This document shows positions 10,588 through 19,170 of a stretch of 64,000 nucleotides of DNA, piece after piece. A program made the position numbers and the translations under genes. The notes beneath the pieces were generated by a model. That model saw nothing but the letters and a program-made list of their open reading frames with translations, was not told where the DNA came from and did no database searches. Origin of the DNA: a virus; IMG/VR virus record IMGVR_UViG_3300032797_000632, positions 62,142 to 126,141 of that record; one strand, written 5' to 3'. How positions within the stretch are numbered: the stretch's first letter is position 1; each line of letters starts with the position of its first letter.

Positions 10588-11589
10588 ATGCCCAAATACG
10601 GAAGGGATCAATTTCCAGAGGAGAAGCCGCGGGCCGGCGATGTGATGCCCGAGTTTCCGCAACCGGAGATCGCCCGGATCATGAAGGTGGATCCGGACAA
10701 CTACATCATCACGGTGGCGATGCCGATAACGAGGGCGGGGGTTATCCAGAACGCCGTCATTCTGAAAAGGAGCCCCGGAGAGTACGAGCTTCCGCGGGAG
10801 AACGACTTCGGGCTTTTCATCTACGACAGCAAGAAGAACGCCATATGCATCGGATACCTGGAGATGGACTATCCGACAAAAGTTGCCTCCCCCAACTATC
10901 AAATTCCAAAAGTTAGGCCAGGGCAAAAATACAGCTTTAGCCGGGGCCAGGGGACGGACGGTAACCCCGAGAACATGTTCATGGTCTCGCAGTCCGAGGG
11001 CGAGTACAAGATAGCCGACACCCTCGGGAACGGGATGCTGATAAACGAGGGGGAGAGCCGGCACACAAACGACACGGAGATTCTGGACACGGCCGGCGGC
11101 GACCTGCGCATGGGCAATGTCAAGAGGCCCGCCGGCATAGGGCAGCCGGAGGTCCCGATCCCCGGGCCGACGGGCATTCTCAAGGAGTTTCTGGTCCGGC
11201 TCTACGACAAGGTGACCATGCTCAAAAAGGCCGATCTCCGGGCGGGGGACGTGGTGGACGACCTGGGCATTCCCGAGCCGGGCCCTCTCGGGGCGCTTCT
11301 CCGGCTGGCATTCAGGATTTTCAACGCCCTCGGCATCGAGGTGGCGTCGATCACGGTGGACGACACGGGGAACATGTTTCTGGTGTCCAAGACGCAGGCC
11401 GTGCTAAAATCAGCAAGGGTGGCATTGGGGTCGGAGATGGCTATCCAACCCTACCTGCTCAGCCTGGAGTGGATCACTTATTTTATGACGCACACCCACA
11501 CCTCTACGGCACCCGGAACACCGACGAGCCCCGTGATGGTTCCGCCCAACCCCACCCTGGTGCTTTCCAAGAAGGTGTTTGGGGAGTGA
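10588..11589 (+). CDS. Baseplate central spike (gpV/gp5-like)
   Basis: N-terminal OB-like region, beta-rich body, C-terminal HxH metal motif (THTHT). Confidence 0.7.
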   Translation: MPKYGRDQFPEEKPRAGDVMPEFPQPEIARIMKVDPDNYIITVAMPITRAGVIQNAVILKRSPGEYELPRENDFGLFIYDSKKNAICIGYLEMDYPTKVASPNYQIPKVRPGQKYSFSRGQGTDGNPENMFMVSQSEGEYKIADTLGNGMLINEGESRHTNDTEILDTAGGDLRMGNVKRPAGIGQPEVPIPGPTGILKEFLVRLYDKVTMLKKADLRAGDVVDDLGIPEPGPLGALLRLAFRIFNALGIEVASITVDDTGNMFLVSKTQAVLKSARVALGSEMAIQPYLLSLEWITYFMTHTHTSTAPGTPTSPVMVPPNPTLVLSKKVFGE

Positions 11590-11602
11590 TAGGAGGGATC
11601 GC

Positions 11603-11875
11603 ATGGCGTTAAGTGCACCGGCATTGAAGGCAGACATATTTGCGGCGATGCAGGCCAAGGGATGGAAGGTGACCGTGGCAACCCCGGACGGGGCCATGAC
11701 CGAGACGTCGCTCGAGGACCTCGCCGATGTGATAGCCACGGCGGTGGTGAACCACATAACGGCCAACGGGCAGGCCATCGTCCCGCCGACCACCTTCCTC
11801 GTGGGATGCACTGGGGGGCCGTCGCCCGTGGTTCCGGTTTTCAACCCGTCCCTGGTCCCGCTGGCGATAACATGA
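11603..11875 (+). CDS. Small baseplate/spike-associated protein
   Basis: AGGAGG RBS plus ATG; follows the spike gene. Confidence 0.5.
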   Translation: MALSAPALKADIFAAMQAKGWKVTVATPDGAMTETSLEDLADVIATAVVNHITANGQAIVPPTTFLVGCTGGPSPVVPVFNPSLVPLAIT

Positions 11876-11903
11876 GGGGATATCCCTTCGAAGGGAGCCG
11901 AAC

Positions 11904-12389
11904 ATGCCGATAAACTGCGAGCAATACCTGGCCGCCCTGCCCAACAGGCAATGCATGGAGGAGTTCCTTAAGGTGATCCCGAAGCAGGTTCAGCAGGCGA
12001 TTTCGGCGAGCATCGACATAATAAAAACGGCGTCCACGGCGCAGAAAATTCTCGACACCTACCTCTATTCGCAGTACCTCGTCGCCCTTGCTGCCTTGCA
12101 GTACCAAATCAATGTGCTTAAGGCCCAGTACGCCCCCTTCTTTGAAACGCTTGATCTGCTGCAGACATATGTCAAACGATATCGAAACTGACCCGGGGCA
12201 AATTACCTCTACGGTCAGGTGGAGGCACTGGTGAGGGACAAGGTGGAGGAGATCGAAAGGAGGAGCTACGACTATTACCGGCTCAAGAGCTTTATCAAGA
12301 GGCGATTTACGGATAGCGAGCTCGACAAAATCCTCGAGATGCTGGAGGGCGTCGAGGACTGTCTGAACGGGGCGATTTACAACCTGTAG
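11904..12389 (+). CDS. Hypothetical protein with in-frame TGA at 12189-12191 (possible selenocysteine readthrough, otherwise two ORFs)
   Basis: 95 codons, TGA, then 65 more open codons in the same frame to TAG 12387-12389. Confidence 0.5.
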
Positions 12390-12400
12390 CCGAGGGCGGA

Positions 12401-13084
12401 ATGAACATATGCGAAGACCTCAGGGTCGCATACGACAAGACGATAAATAAGTACGACCTCGATCTGGACCAGATAGGGAGGGCCCAGACCTACCAGGATT
12501 ACAGGAAGCTGATCGCCCAGATATACCTGCTTTTTGTGAACAAGAACATTCGGTCGGCGTTTTTAAACCGGAAGGACAAGGCCACCATAATATCCCTGGC
12601 CGAAAGGCAGATGTCAAACTTCAAGGACTCGCAGATCGCACTCGAGAACGAGAACATCGACGGGTTGGCGGGGTACAACCTGTTCATATATGAGAATGGC
12701 GTGTACCGGAAGATAAGCGATGTGCCGGTGGAAGAGTATTATGAGCATGTCGCCCCGAACGGGGTTTATCAGCAAATGGGGGTGGGGAGGGTGCTGGCCG
12801 GGGCGGTGAGCGCCGAGAATGTGGACTACACATTCCAAATTCGGGCGAGCCAATTGACGGCCAACCAGCTGTGGACCATATTCCCCGACTTCTGCGCTGT
12901 GCCCGCTGACCGGAAAATAAAGTTTTATTTCTTTTCGAACAGGATATTCTACGGCGGGTCTCTGCTCGAGAGCATCGAGGAAATCCAGTACCTGCCGGTC
13001 ACCGACCCGCGGAAGGTGTCGCTGAAAATAAAGGCCAAGTCATACGACGGCGGGACCGTCACATTGGGAATCCAGGGGGGATAG
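12401..13084 (+). CDS. Baseplate wedge protein (gp25/GPW-like C-terminus)
   Basis: Directly upstream of baseplate J; C-terminal LESIEEIQ...DPRKVSLKIKAKS. Confidence 0.5.
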   Translation: MNICEDLRVAYDKTINKYDLDLDQIGRAQTYQDYRKLIAQIYLLFVNKNIRSAFLNRKDKATIISLAERQMSNFKDSQIALENENIDGLAGYNLFIYENGVYRKISDVPVEEYYEHVAPNGVYQQMGVGRVLAGAVSAENVDYTFQIRASQLTANQLWTIFPDFCAVPADRKIKFYFFSNRIFYGGSLLESIEEIQYLPVTDPRKVSLKIKAKSYDGGTVTLGIQGG

Positions 13085-13085
13085 A

Positions 13086-14513
13086 ATGCCGACCATAAAG
13101 ACAAGCCAGCAGATATTGAGCGAGCAGAAGCAGTTCGTCAGGGCTAGGAATCCGGTGATCGATGTGAGCGACGGGTCCGTCGCATCGCAGTTTGCCCTCG
13201 TCCCCAACTCGGTGGGCGGGGAGATAATAGGGCAGGAGCTACTGAAGGCCGTCAACCTGCAGATACTCGCCAACCTCTCCGGAGCTGATCTCGACAACGA
13301 GGGGACAAATTACGGCATCTACCGCATGCCCGGATCGAAGGCCACGGGCAATGTCATATTCATAAGCAGGGTAGAGCCCACGGACAACATCGTGATCCCG
13401 GCCAACACGAGGGTGTCGACGGCGGGGACGACGCTTGCCCCCGGGGTGGTGTTCCTCACCTCGAGGACAGTTGTCATGCTATATTCGCAGCGGGCATCCT
13501 ACTACAACCCCGAGACGGGATGGTGGGAGATCGAGGTGGATGTGATCGCAGAAAGCTACGGATCCTCCGGTAATGTGGGGGTTGAGCGGATCACGATTAT
13601 GCTGACGCCCATAACGGGGGTAGATGCCGTGACCAACCGTGAGGCGACCACCGGCGGGGAGGATGCCGAGTCGGACGCCCGCCTGCGGAGTCGCATCCGG
13701 TCCAAGATGCTCGGCAGGGAAATCGGAGTCAAAAACGGCATCGAGGCTTTTATTCTGAGCAATATAAATTTCCCCGATGTAAAGGCGATTCTCCCCAGCT
13801 CGACGGATTCTGAGAGGGTGGACGGGACCGATGTGTTCGTGATAGACGAGTCGTCCCGGGAGGTGAGCGAGGAATTCGAGTTTTTTCCATCGCAGAGGGA
13901 TTATCAGCTGGCCTACACCCCCGTGATCGATATATCCACGGTCCAGGGGTCCTCGGCCGGGATCCTGGATCCTCTCACGGATTACGAGCTACATTCAGAC
14001 ATCACATCGACCAAGCGTTTCTCCCCGCTGGCTTACGAGTTCGTGCGACTCACGGCCACAGGGCTGGCCAAAATGACGAGCGGGGAGACCATGACCGTGG
14101 TCTACGCTTACCCGTCATCCTTGCACGACGCCTGGGACCTTATCCGCAACCCGGAGAACCTGATCATTTTTGCCGACCCGTATATCAAGAAGGCCATCAA
14201 GTGGACGGTGGACATCAAGGCGACGGTCACATTCTTCTCCAATGTCGACACCATCACGGAGAAGCAAAATATAGAGAACGCCCTGAACGAGTTCCTCGGC
14301 CAGTACCGGCTCGGGGATCCGATCCAGAGAAGCGACCTCGAGATCGCCATCCAGACGGGATACGGGGATTACCCGATATCGTCCGTGGACCAGGTGACGA
14401 TATCCGAGATCAAGGCGACCTCCTCGCTGGGCGAGGTCAGGTATGCGGTGGGCGATACGATAAACCTAGACGGCAAGGGATACGCCCGGTTAGGTTCCAT
14501 AACATTTTTGTGA
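13086..14513 (+). CDS. Baseplate J-like protein
   Basis: GADLD, KATGNVIF, IPANTRVST, GSSGNV, VTNREATTGGEDAESDARLRSR motifs. Confidence 0.9.
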   Translation: MPTIKTSQQILSEQKQFVRARNPVIDVSDGSVASQFALVPNSVGGEIIGQELLKAVNLQILANLSGADLDNEGTNYGIYRMPGSKATGNVIFISRVEPTDNIVIPANTRVSTAGTTLAPGVVFLTSRTVVMLYSQRASYYNPETGWWEIEVDVIAESYGSSGNVGVERITIMLTPITGVDAVTNREATTGGEDAESDARLRSRIRSKMLGREIGVKNGIEAFILSNINFPDVKAILPSSTDSERVDGTDVFVIDESSREVSEEFEFFPSQRDYQLAYTPVIDISTVQGSSAGILDPLTDYELHSDITSTKRFSPLAYEFVRLTATGLAKMTSGETMTVVYAYPSSLHDAWDLIRNPENLIIFADPYIKKAIKWTVDIKATVTFFSNVDTITEKQNIENALNEFLGQYRLGDPIQRSDLEIAIQTGYGDYPISSVDQVTISEIKATSSLGEVRYAVGDTINLDGKGYARLGSITFL

Positions 14514-14514
14514 T

Positions 14515-15621
14515 ATGGCAGATATTTACCTTGACCAGTTCAATGGCCGGGACTCCTGGCCGGGGACGCAGAGCCAGCCGATAAAGACCATCCAGAGGCT
14601 CCTGCAGATCACCGGCCCAGGGGACAGAATATACTTCGTCGGCACGCAGATAGGCCAGCCGGACTATATAAACGAGATAGCCGATTATGTGTACTGGAAC
14701 CTCGAGCCGGGGGGCAATGCGGAGTCCCTGTTCCGGGCCATCCAGTACATCGTGCTGGCACAGGCGGAGATGGCCACCCTCGAGACGCAGAAAAACTATT
14801 ATTTGACGATGGCCGAGAACCTCCAGAGGTTCTCCTCGCTTTTCCCGATCTACGCCCGGAACCTGACATTCGATGAATTTAGGAAAAGGCTACTCGCCCT
14901 GTGGTTTGCCTACCTCGAGCCGTCCACCATCCAGGGGCTCAACCGGATCGCCGGGGCCTACTCGGGAAACCCGCTGTTTGCTTATCGATTCATGGAGGAC
15001 CCGTGGGTGTGGATTTTAAACAGGTCCTACATCGACCAGACGCCGCCTGAAAACTACATCCCGGGCACGGCGGAGATAATGTACGGGGCGATATTCGAGG
15101 TGTTCGGATGGCATCGGGTGAGTGCGGAGGAGGACGCCGAGTTCGAGAAGATATTCACGGAGGACGCCTCTTTGTCCCCGTTCGGGATCATCAGGCATCA
15201 GGAGGACGAGCCGTCCGGCTACATACTGATCAGGGACGGGTTCAACGACTTCGACCTGATGACGCTCGACAACATGCACCTGAATGGGCGGGAGGTCCAT
15301 GTGACCGATCCATCCTTGCCGGCCTCGCTCGAGACCTATCCCGTGTCCGTGACGGATAAAATTCCCTACGGGTACACGACCTCGCTCTGGTTTTCGCTGT
15401 TCGAGAGGATCGACTCCTACACGATAAACAGGAGGATATCCTACTCTTGGGGGTCGTCCCCCGCCCCGGGGGATTTCGGTCCTTGGCAGGAGCTGAAATA
15501 TGTGTGGCCAATGGTCATCCCCGTCGAGGGAGAATGGCTCAGGATAAGGATCGATGTCGACAACCTGTCGGAGGCCGAAACCTATGTTTTTGTCTCGGCG
15601 ATGATGAGGGGCGCCCTTTGA
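14515..15621 (+). CDS. Baseplate wedge/fibre attachment protein
   Basis: Follows baseplate J; DEFRKRLL...STIQGL (gpI-like); N-terminal IYLDxxxGxDSWPGTQSQPIKTI motif. Confidence 0.5.
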   Translation: MADIYLDQFNGRDSWPGTQSQPIKTIQRLLQITGPGDRIYFVGTQIGQPDYINEIADYVYWNLEPGGNAESLFRAIQYIVLAQAEMATLETQKNYYLTMAENLQRFSSLFPIYARNLTFDEFRKRLLALWFAYLEPSTIQGLNRIAGAYSGNPLFAYRFMEDPWVWILNRSYIDQTPPENYIPGTAEIMYGAIFEVFGWHRVSAEEDAEFEKIFTEDASLSPFGIIRHQEDEPSGYILIRDGFNDFDLMTLDNMHLNGREVHVTDPSLPASLETYPVSVTDKIPYGYTTSLWFSLFERIDSYTINRRISYSWGSSPAPGDFGPWQELKYVWPMVIPVEGEWLRIRIDVDNLSEAETYVFVSAMMRGAL

Positions 15622-16337
15622 AGTCCATCGGAATCATATACATAACATGGAACAGGCTGGATTATGTCAGGCAGTCGCTCCCAGCATTGCTCAAGAGGAC
15701 GGGCATGGATTTCTCGCTTTTTATCGTGGACAACTCTTCCACCGACGGGACATTGGACTATGTGAGCCGGAGCCTTAGGGACAAGCGGATCAAGGCGGTG
15801 ATCAGGAACGGAAGCAATATGAGACAGAGGATCCCCACCAACTGGCTGTGGGAGAATTGCGGGGCGGACCTCCTGGGGAAATTCGACGATGATATCATGG
15901 TGCCCGATGGATGGCTGGAGGGGATCGCCGGAGTTTTCGATGGGGCGAGTAAGAGGCTCGGGGCCGTGGGCGGATGCCATTTTCATTCGGACGACATCAT
16001 GGCTTCCGACTACAACCACAATATCGTCCATATCGGGGGGGGCGTGAGGGTTGTCCGCCAGCCGTACATCGGTGGGTGTTGCTACCTGATTCCCCGGGAG
16101 GTCATCAAGGAAAACGGGCTGATCAACACCAACTGGACAAACTACCAGAACGCCCTGCACCGAAAGGGGTACATAAACGGATATGTTTACCCTTTCATCA
16201 AGATCATGAACATGGACGATCCGAGGACGGGCCTGAAAAACCCGGAATACAAATCAAGCACGCATCCGACGAGGCCGTTTAGCTACTGGATAAGGGACTC
16301 GAGAAGGTTACTGGAGGGCAGATGGATGTCTCCATAA
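15618..16337 (+). CDS. Glycosyltransferase family 2
   Basis: IIYITWNR, IVDNSSTDGT, KFDDD (DxD); TTG start overlapping the upstream stop. Confidence 0.88.
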   Translation: MKSIGIIYITWNRLDYVRQSLPALLKRTGMDFSLFIVDNSSTDGTLDYVSRSLRDKRIKAVIRNGSNMRQRIPTNWLWENCGADLLGKFDDDIMVPDGWLEGIAGVFDGASKRLGAVGGCHFHSDDIMASDYNHNIVHIGGGVRVVRQPYIGGCCYLIPREVIKENGLINTNWTNYQNALHRKGYINGYVYPFIKIMNMDDPRTGLKNPEYKSSTHPTRPFSYWIRDSRRLLEGRWMSP

Positions 16338-17104
16338 TCGTGGCCACCTGGCAGAATTCGGGAATAACCAAGAGATGCTACGAGTCGCTGTTTCGGGAGA
16401 TAAGCCCGGGCATGGAGCTGGTGTGGGTGGACAACGGGTCGGACGAGAGGCATTTCAGGGATGTGTACGATTTCATCGGGGGCCTGGGAAAAATGGGGCA
16501 GACGGTGGTGATAAGAAACCGCCAGAACCTTGGATTCGTCCGGGCCAACAACCAGGGGATCAAGGCGTCCGGCGGCGGGGTCGTCGTCCTGCTGAACAAC
16601 GACACCGAGCTTTACGAGGGGTCCCTGTCCCGGCTGCTGGCCCACCTTGGGCGATTCGACATGGTCTGCCCGGTATCCAACAACTCGGCCAGCACGAGAC
16701 CAGTGGTGCTCAAGAGGTCAATCCCCGACTTCCCGCAGATAGAGGCGCAAGAGTACAGGAAATACTACCGGCTTATCCAGAGCAAATACGCCGGGAAGGG
16801 GATGCGGATGAACTTCGTCCCGTTCTTCTGCGTGGCCATAAAGAGGGGGGTTTTCGGAAAGGTGGGGATGTTGGACGAGAGGTTTCTCTATGGGTACGCC
16901 GAGGACCGGGACTACTGCATGCGGGCCGAGGATGCTGGCGTGAAGATAGGGGCGGCCCTGGACACCTTCGTCTTCCATGAGATGGCCAAGACCTTCGCCA
17001 TCTTGCGGGTCAACATGAGGGACTACTGGACGCAGGTGCAGACCCTGCTCGAGCAGAAGTACCCGGAGCGGAAGGTCTACAGAAACCCGCGGAGGAAGCA
17101 ATGA
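16322..17104 (+). CDS. Glycosyltransferase family 2
   Basis: VSIIV, VDNGS, NLGFVRANNQG, LLNND, LDERF, AEDRDYC. Confidence 0.92.
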   Translation: MDVSIIVATWQNSGITKRCYESLFREISPGMELVWVDNGSDERHFRDVYDFIGGLGKMGQTVVIRNRQNLGFVRANNQGIKASGGGVVVLLNNDTELYEGSLSRLLAHLGRFDMVCPVSNNSASTRPVVLKRSIPDFPQIEAQEYRKYYRLIQSKYAGKGMRMNFVPFFCVAIKRGVFGKVGMLDERFLYGYAEDRDYCMRAEDAGVKIGAALDTFVFHEMAKTFAILRVNMRDYWTQVQTLLEQKYPERKVYRNPRRKQ

Positions 17105-17943
17105 CCCGGGTGAGCGTGGTGGTCACCTCCCACAACCGGCTGGATTTTCTCAAGCGGGCGGTGGGGTCGGTGCTGGACCAGGAGTATCCAGACATCGAGG
17201 TCATAGTAACCGATGACCATTCAACCGACGGTAGCTGGGAGTGGATCCGCAGGATGTCCGCAGAGAGGGGCATCGTCGGGATCCGCCAGAAGAATAACTT
17301 CGGCGCCCCGACCCGTCCGCGCAACGATGGCCTGTTCGCCAGCACCGGGGGGATCGTGAACTTTCTGGACGAGGACAACCTGTTCTGCCCGGGGCGCGTG
17401 ATAAGCATGGTCGGCGAGATCAGGGGAGGGGTGGACCTCGTCTACTGCCTCAGCCAGTGCTTCAACGATGGTCGCCCGGTCAACCCCCCGTGGGGATTTC
17501 CGCCGGAGGCATTCGACTCCTCGCTCCTGAAAAGGAAAAACTACATCGACACCGCCGAACCGGCGATCAGGCGGGAGGCCATCGGGCGGGTCGGGTTTTT
17601 CGACGAGCGACTGGAGTGGAATGAGGAATGGGACCTCTGGCGGAGGTTTGATGCGGCCAGATGCGGGATCATGTGCATTCCACAAATGTGGAATCACTAC
17701 ACCATCCACCGGCAAGAGTCGAGGTCCGGCAGGATGGAGATCCGGCGGGCGTCAAACGCTCGGATAGTGGCCAAGCACAGGGCCCTCCTAAAAAGATTCA
17801 GGGCCGAGGTGTCCTTCGGGGGCAGTACGATGTCGTTCGATACGCTGGGGCAGTTTGACGGCCCCGAGGTCAAGGAGCACGAGGTGATCGTTTGCAGGGG
17901 GGGGGAGGAAACCCCCGCCCGGGTGTCCGTGGCCGTGAAATAA
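17101..17943 (+). CDS. Glycosyltransferase family 2
   Basis: VSVVVTSHNR, DDHSTDGS, RNDG, FLDED, GFFDERL, EWDLWRR. Confidence 0.92.
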   Translation: MTRVSVVVTSHNRLDFLKRAVGSVLDQEYPDIEVIVTDDHSTDGSWEWIRRMSAERGIVGIRQKNNFGAPTRPRNDGLFASTGGIVNFLDEDNLFCPGRVISMVGEIRGGVDLVYCLSQCFNDGRPVNPPWGFPPEAFDSSLLKRKNYIDTAEPAIRREAIGRVGFFDERLEWNEEWDLWRRFDAARCGIMCIPQMWNHYTIHRQESRSGRMEIRRASNARIVAKHRALLKRFRAEVSFGGSTMSFDTLGQFDGPEVKEHEVIVCRGGEETPARVSVAVK

Positions 17944-17972
17944 TTGAACGGGAAGCATAATAGTGATATATT
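17944..17972 (+). promoter_or_regulatory. Sigma70-like promoter
   Basis: TTGAAC-N17-TATATT with extended TG; spacer resembles the 49702 promoter. Confidence 0.45.
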
Positions 17973-18005
17973 GTTAGGGGGGGTTAGGTAATGCATAGAT
18001 TTCTC

Positions 18006-19064
18006 TTACATCACCTTTTGAGGCCCCGGGGACTCCAGGCTCCCGAGGGTCAGCAGGGTGCGGGCGAGGATGTTCTGTGCTCCGACGGTGTCGGCGTCGT
18101 TTGCGTGGCCGCAGGCGACGCACAGAAAGTCCTCTCCCCTGCGATTCAGCCTCGACACCGTGCCACAGACGGGGCATGTGCGGGAGGAGTTGGCCGGATC
18201 ATTGGCCACAGGACGAACACGGTTCTCCTGGGCTTTGAGTTCGATCCGGTTGATTGCCTGCCGCACGGTCCACGGTGCGAGTGCCTTTCTAAACGCTTTA
18301 TTTCGGTTCCGTTGTTTGCCGGTTTTGATTCCCCGAAGGTTTTCGAAGCCGACGGCCCGGAGTTCGGGCCACGGCAGGAGGTTGACGGTGCGGTTGATGA
18401 AGTTCTCCCTCTCCCGGTGGGCCCGGAGCCTGCCCTTGGAGCCGGGCCGGCGTCGGCGGACCCGGTCCCTGATGCACTTGAAGTCGGTGCCGTAGTGGTG
18501 GCCATCGGAGTCGGAGATCAGCTTATTGACGCCGAGGTCGAGGCCGAGGATCCGGCCCTCTGTTTTGGGGGTTTGGTCGGGGATGTCGACCCAGAGGATG
18601 ATGCCGTCTTCGGACAGGGAGCATCCCTGAACGAGTTTTGCCCCCGGGCGGGCCAACCATTTATTGAGGACGGCGGTCTTTCGGGTGGGGATGGTGATCC
18701 GGTGTCCTTTATGGAGGGTGGAAAGACGGACGATAAGATCAAAGGAACCATGCCCGGCTTCGGTGGTGATTTCCGGTTTGTTGAGGGTGGCGTTTCCATT
18801 AAACATAGGGCAAGAAGCGTTTTTGTCTTTGTTCGCCCGCTTGGTGGCGACCACAATCTCGAGGGCTTGTTTAAGTGCCCTGCTTTTGTACCTTGCGGAG
18901 AGACGAGAGCTCTCGAGGATTTGGTAGGGGGGTATTCCGGGGGATTCCCAGAGTTGGCGGATGTAAAAATTGACCGCTACCCGGTAAGCTTGGAGGAGGG
19001 CGTTGATGGCCCGTCGTTTCCGGGCGGTGGCGAATTTGAGGGATACTTTGCAGGCCCGCTTCAT
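18006..19064 (-). CDS. tnpB: TnpB/Cas12f-like RNA-guided endonuclease (second, divergent copy)
   Basis: GLDLGV, FENL, CPVCG...CVACG, DADTVGAQNIL; no transposase next to it. Confidence 0.88.
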   Translation of the reverse strand: MKRACKVSLKFATARKRRAINALLQAYRVAVNFYIRQLWESPGIPPYQILESSRLSARYKSRALKQALEIVVATKRANKDKNASCPMFNGNATLNKPEITTEAGHGSFDLIVRLSTLHKGHRITIPTRKTAVLNKWLARPGAKLVQGCSLSEDGIILWVDIPDQTPKTEGRILGLDLGVNKLISDSDGHHYGTDFKCIRDRVRRRRPGSKGRLRAHRERENFINRTVNLLPWPELRAVGFENLRGIKTGKQRNRNKAFRKALAPWTVRQAINRIELKAQENRVRPVANDPANSSRTCPVCGTVSRLNRRGEDFLCVACGHANDADTVGAQNILARTLLTLGSLESPGPQKVM

Positions 19065-19122
19065 CGATGGTAATGGTTGAATACAAAAGGCAAACAGTCA
19101 AGTAAAATGATTCAAGACCAGA

Positions 19123-19153
19123 GTCAATTACCCCTCCCTGACGGAAGGAGTTT
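19123..19153. mobile_element. IS200/IS605-type terminal hairpin remnant
   Basis: GTCAATTACCCCTCCCTGACGGAAGGAGTTT resembles GTCAACTACCCC...hairpin ends of IS200/IS605 elements; beside the tnpB start. Confidence 0.4.
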
Positions 19154-19170
19154 CCGAGCCGGAGAATAAG

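Noticed and set aside
2347-15621. Stand-alone contractile injection system or tailocin
   Set aside because: Embedded with replication, recombination, tRNA and lysis genes in a continuous phage-like genome
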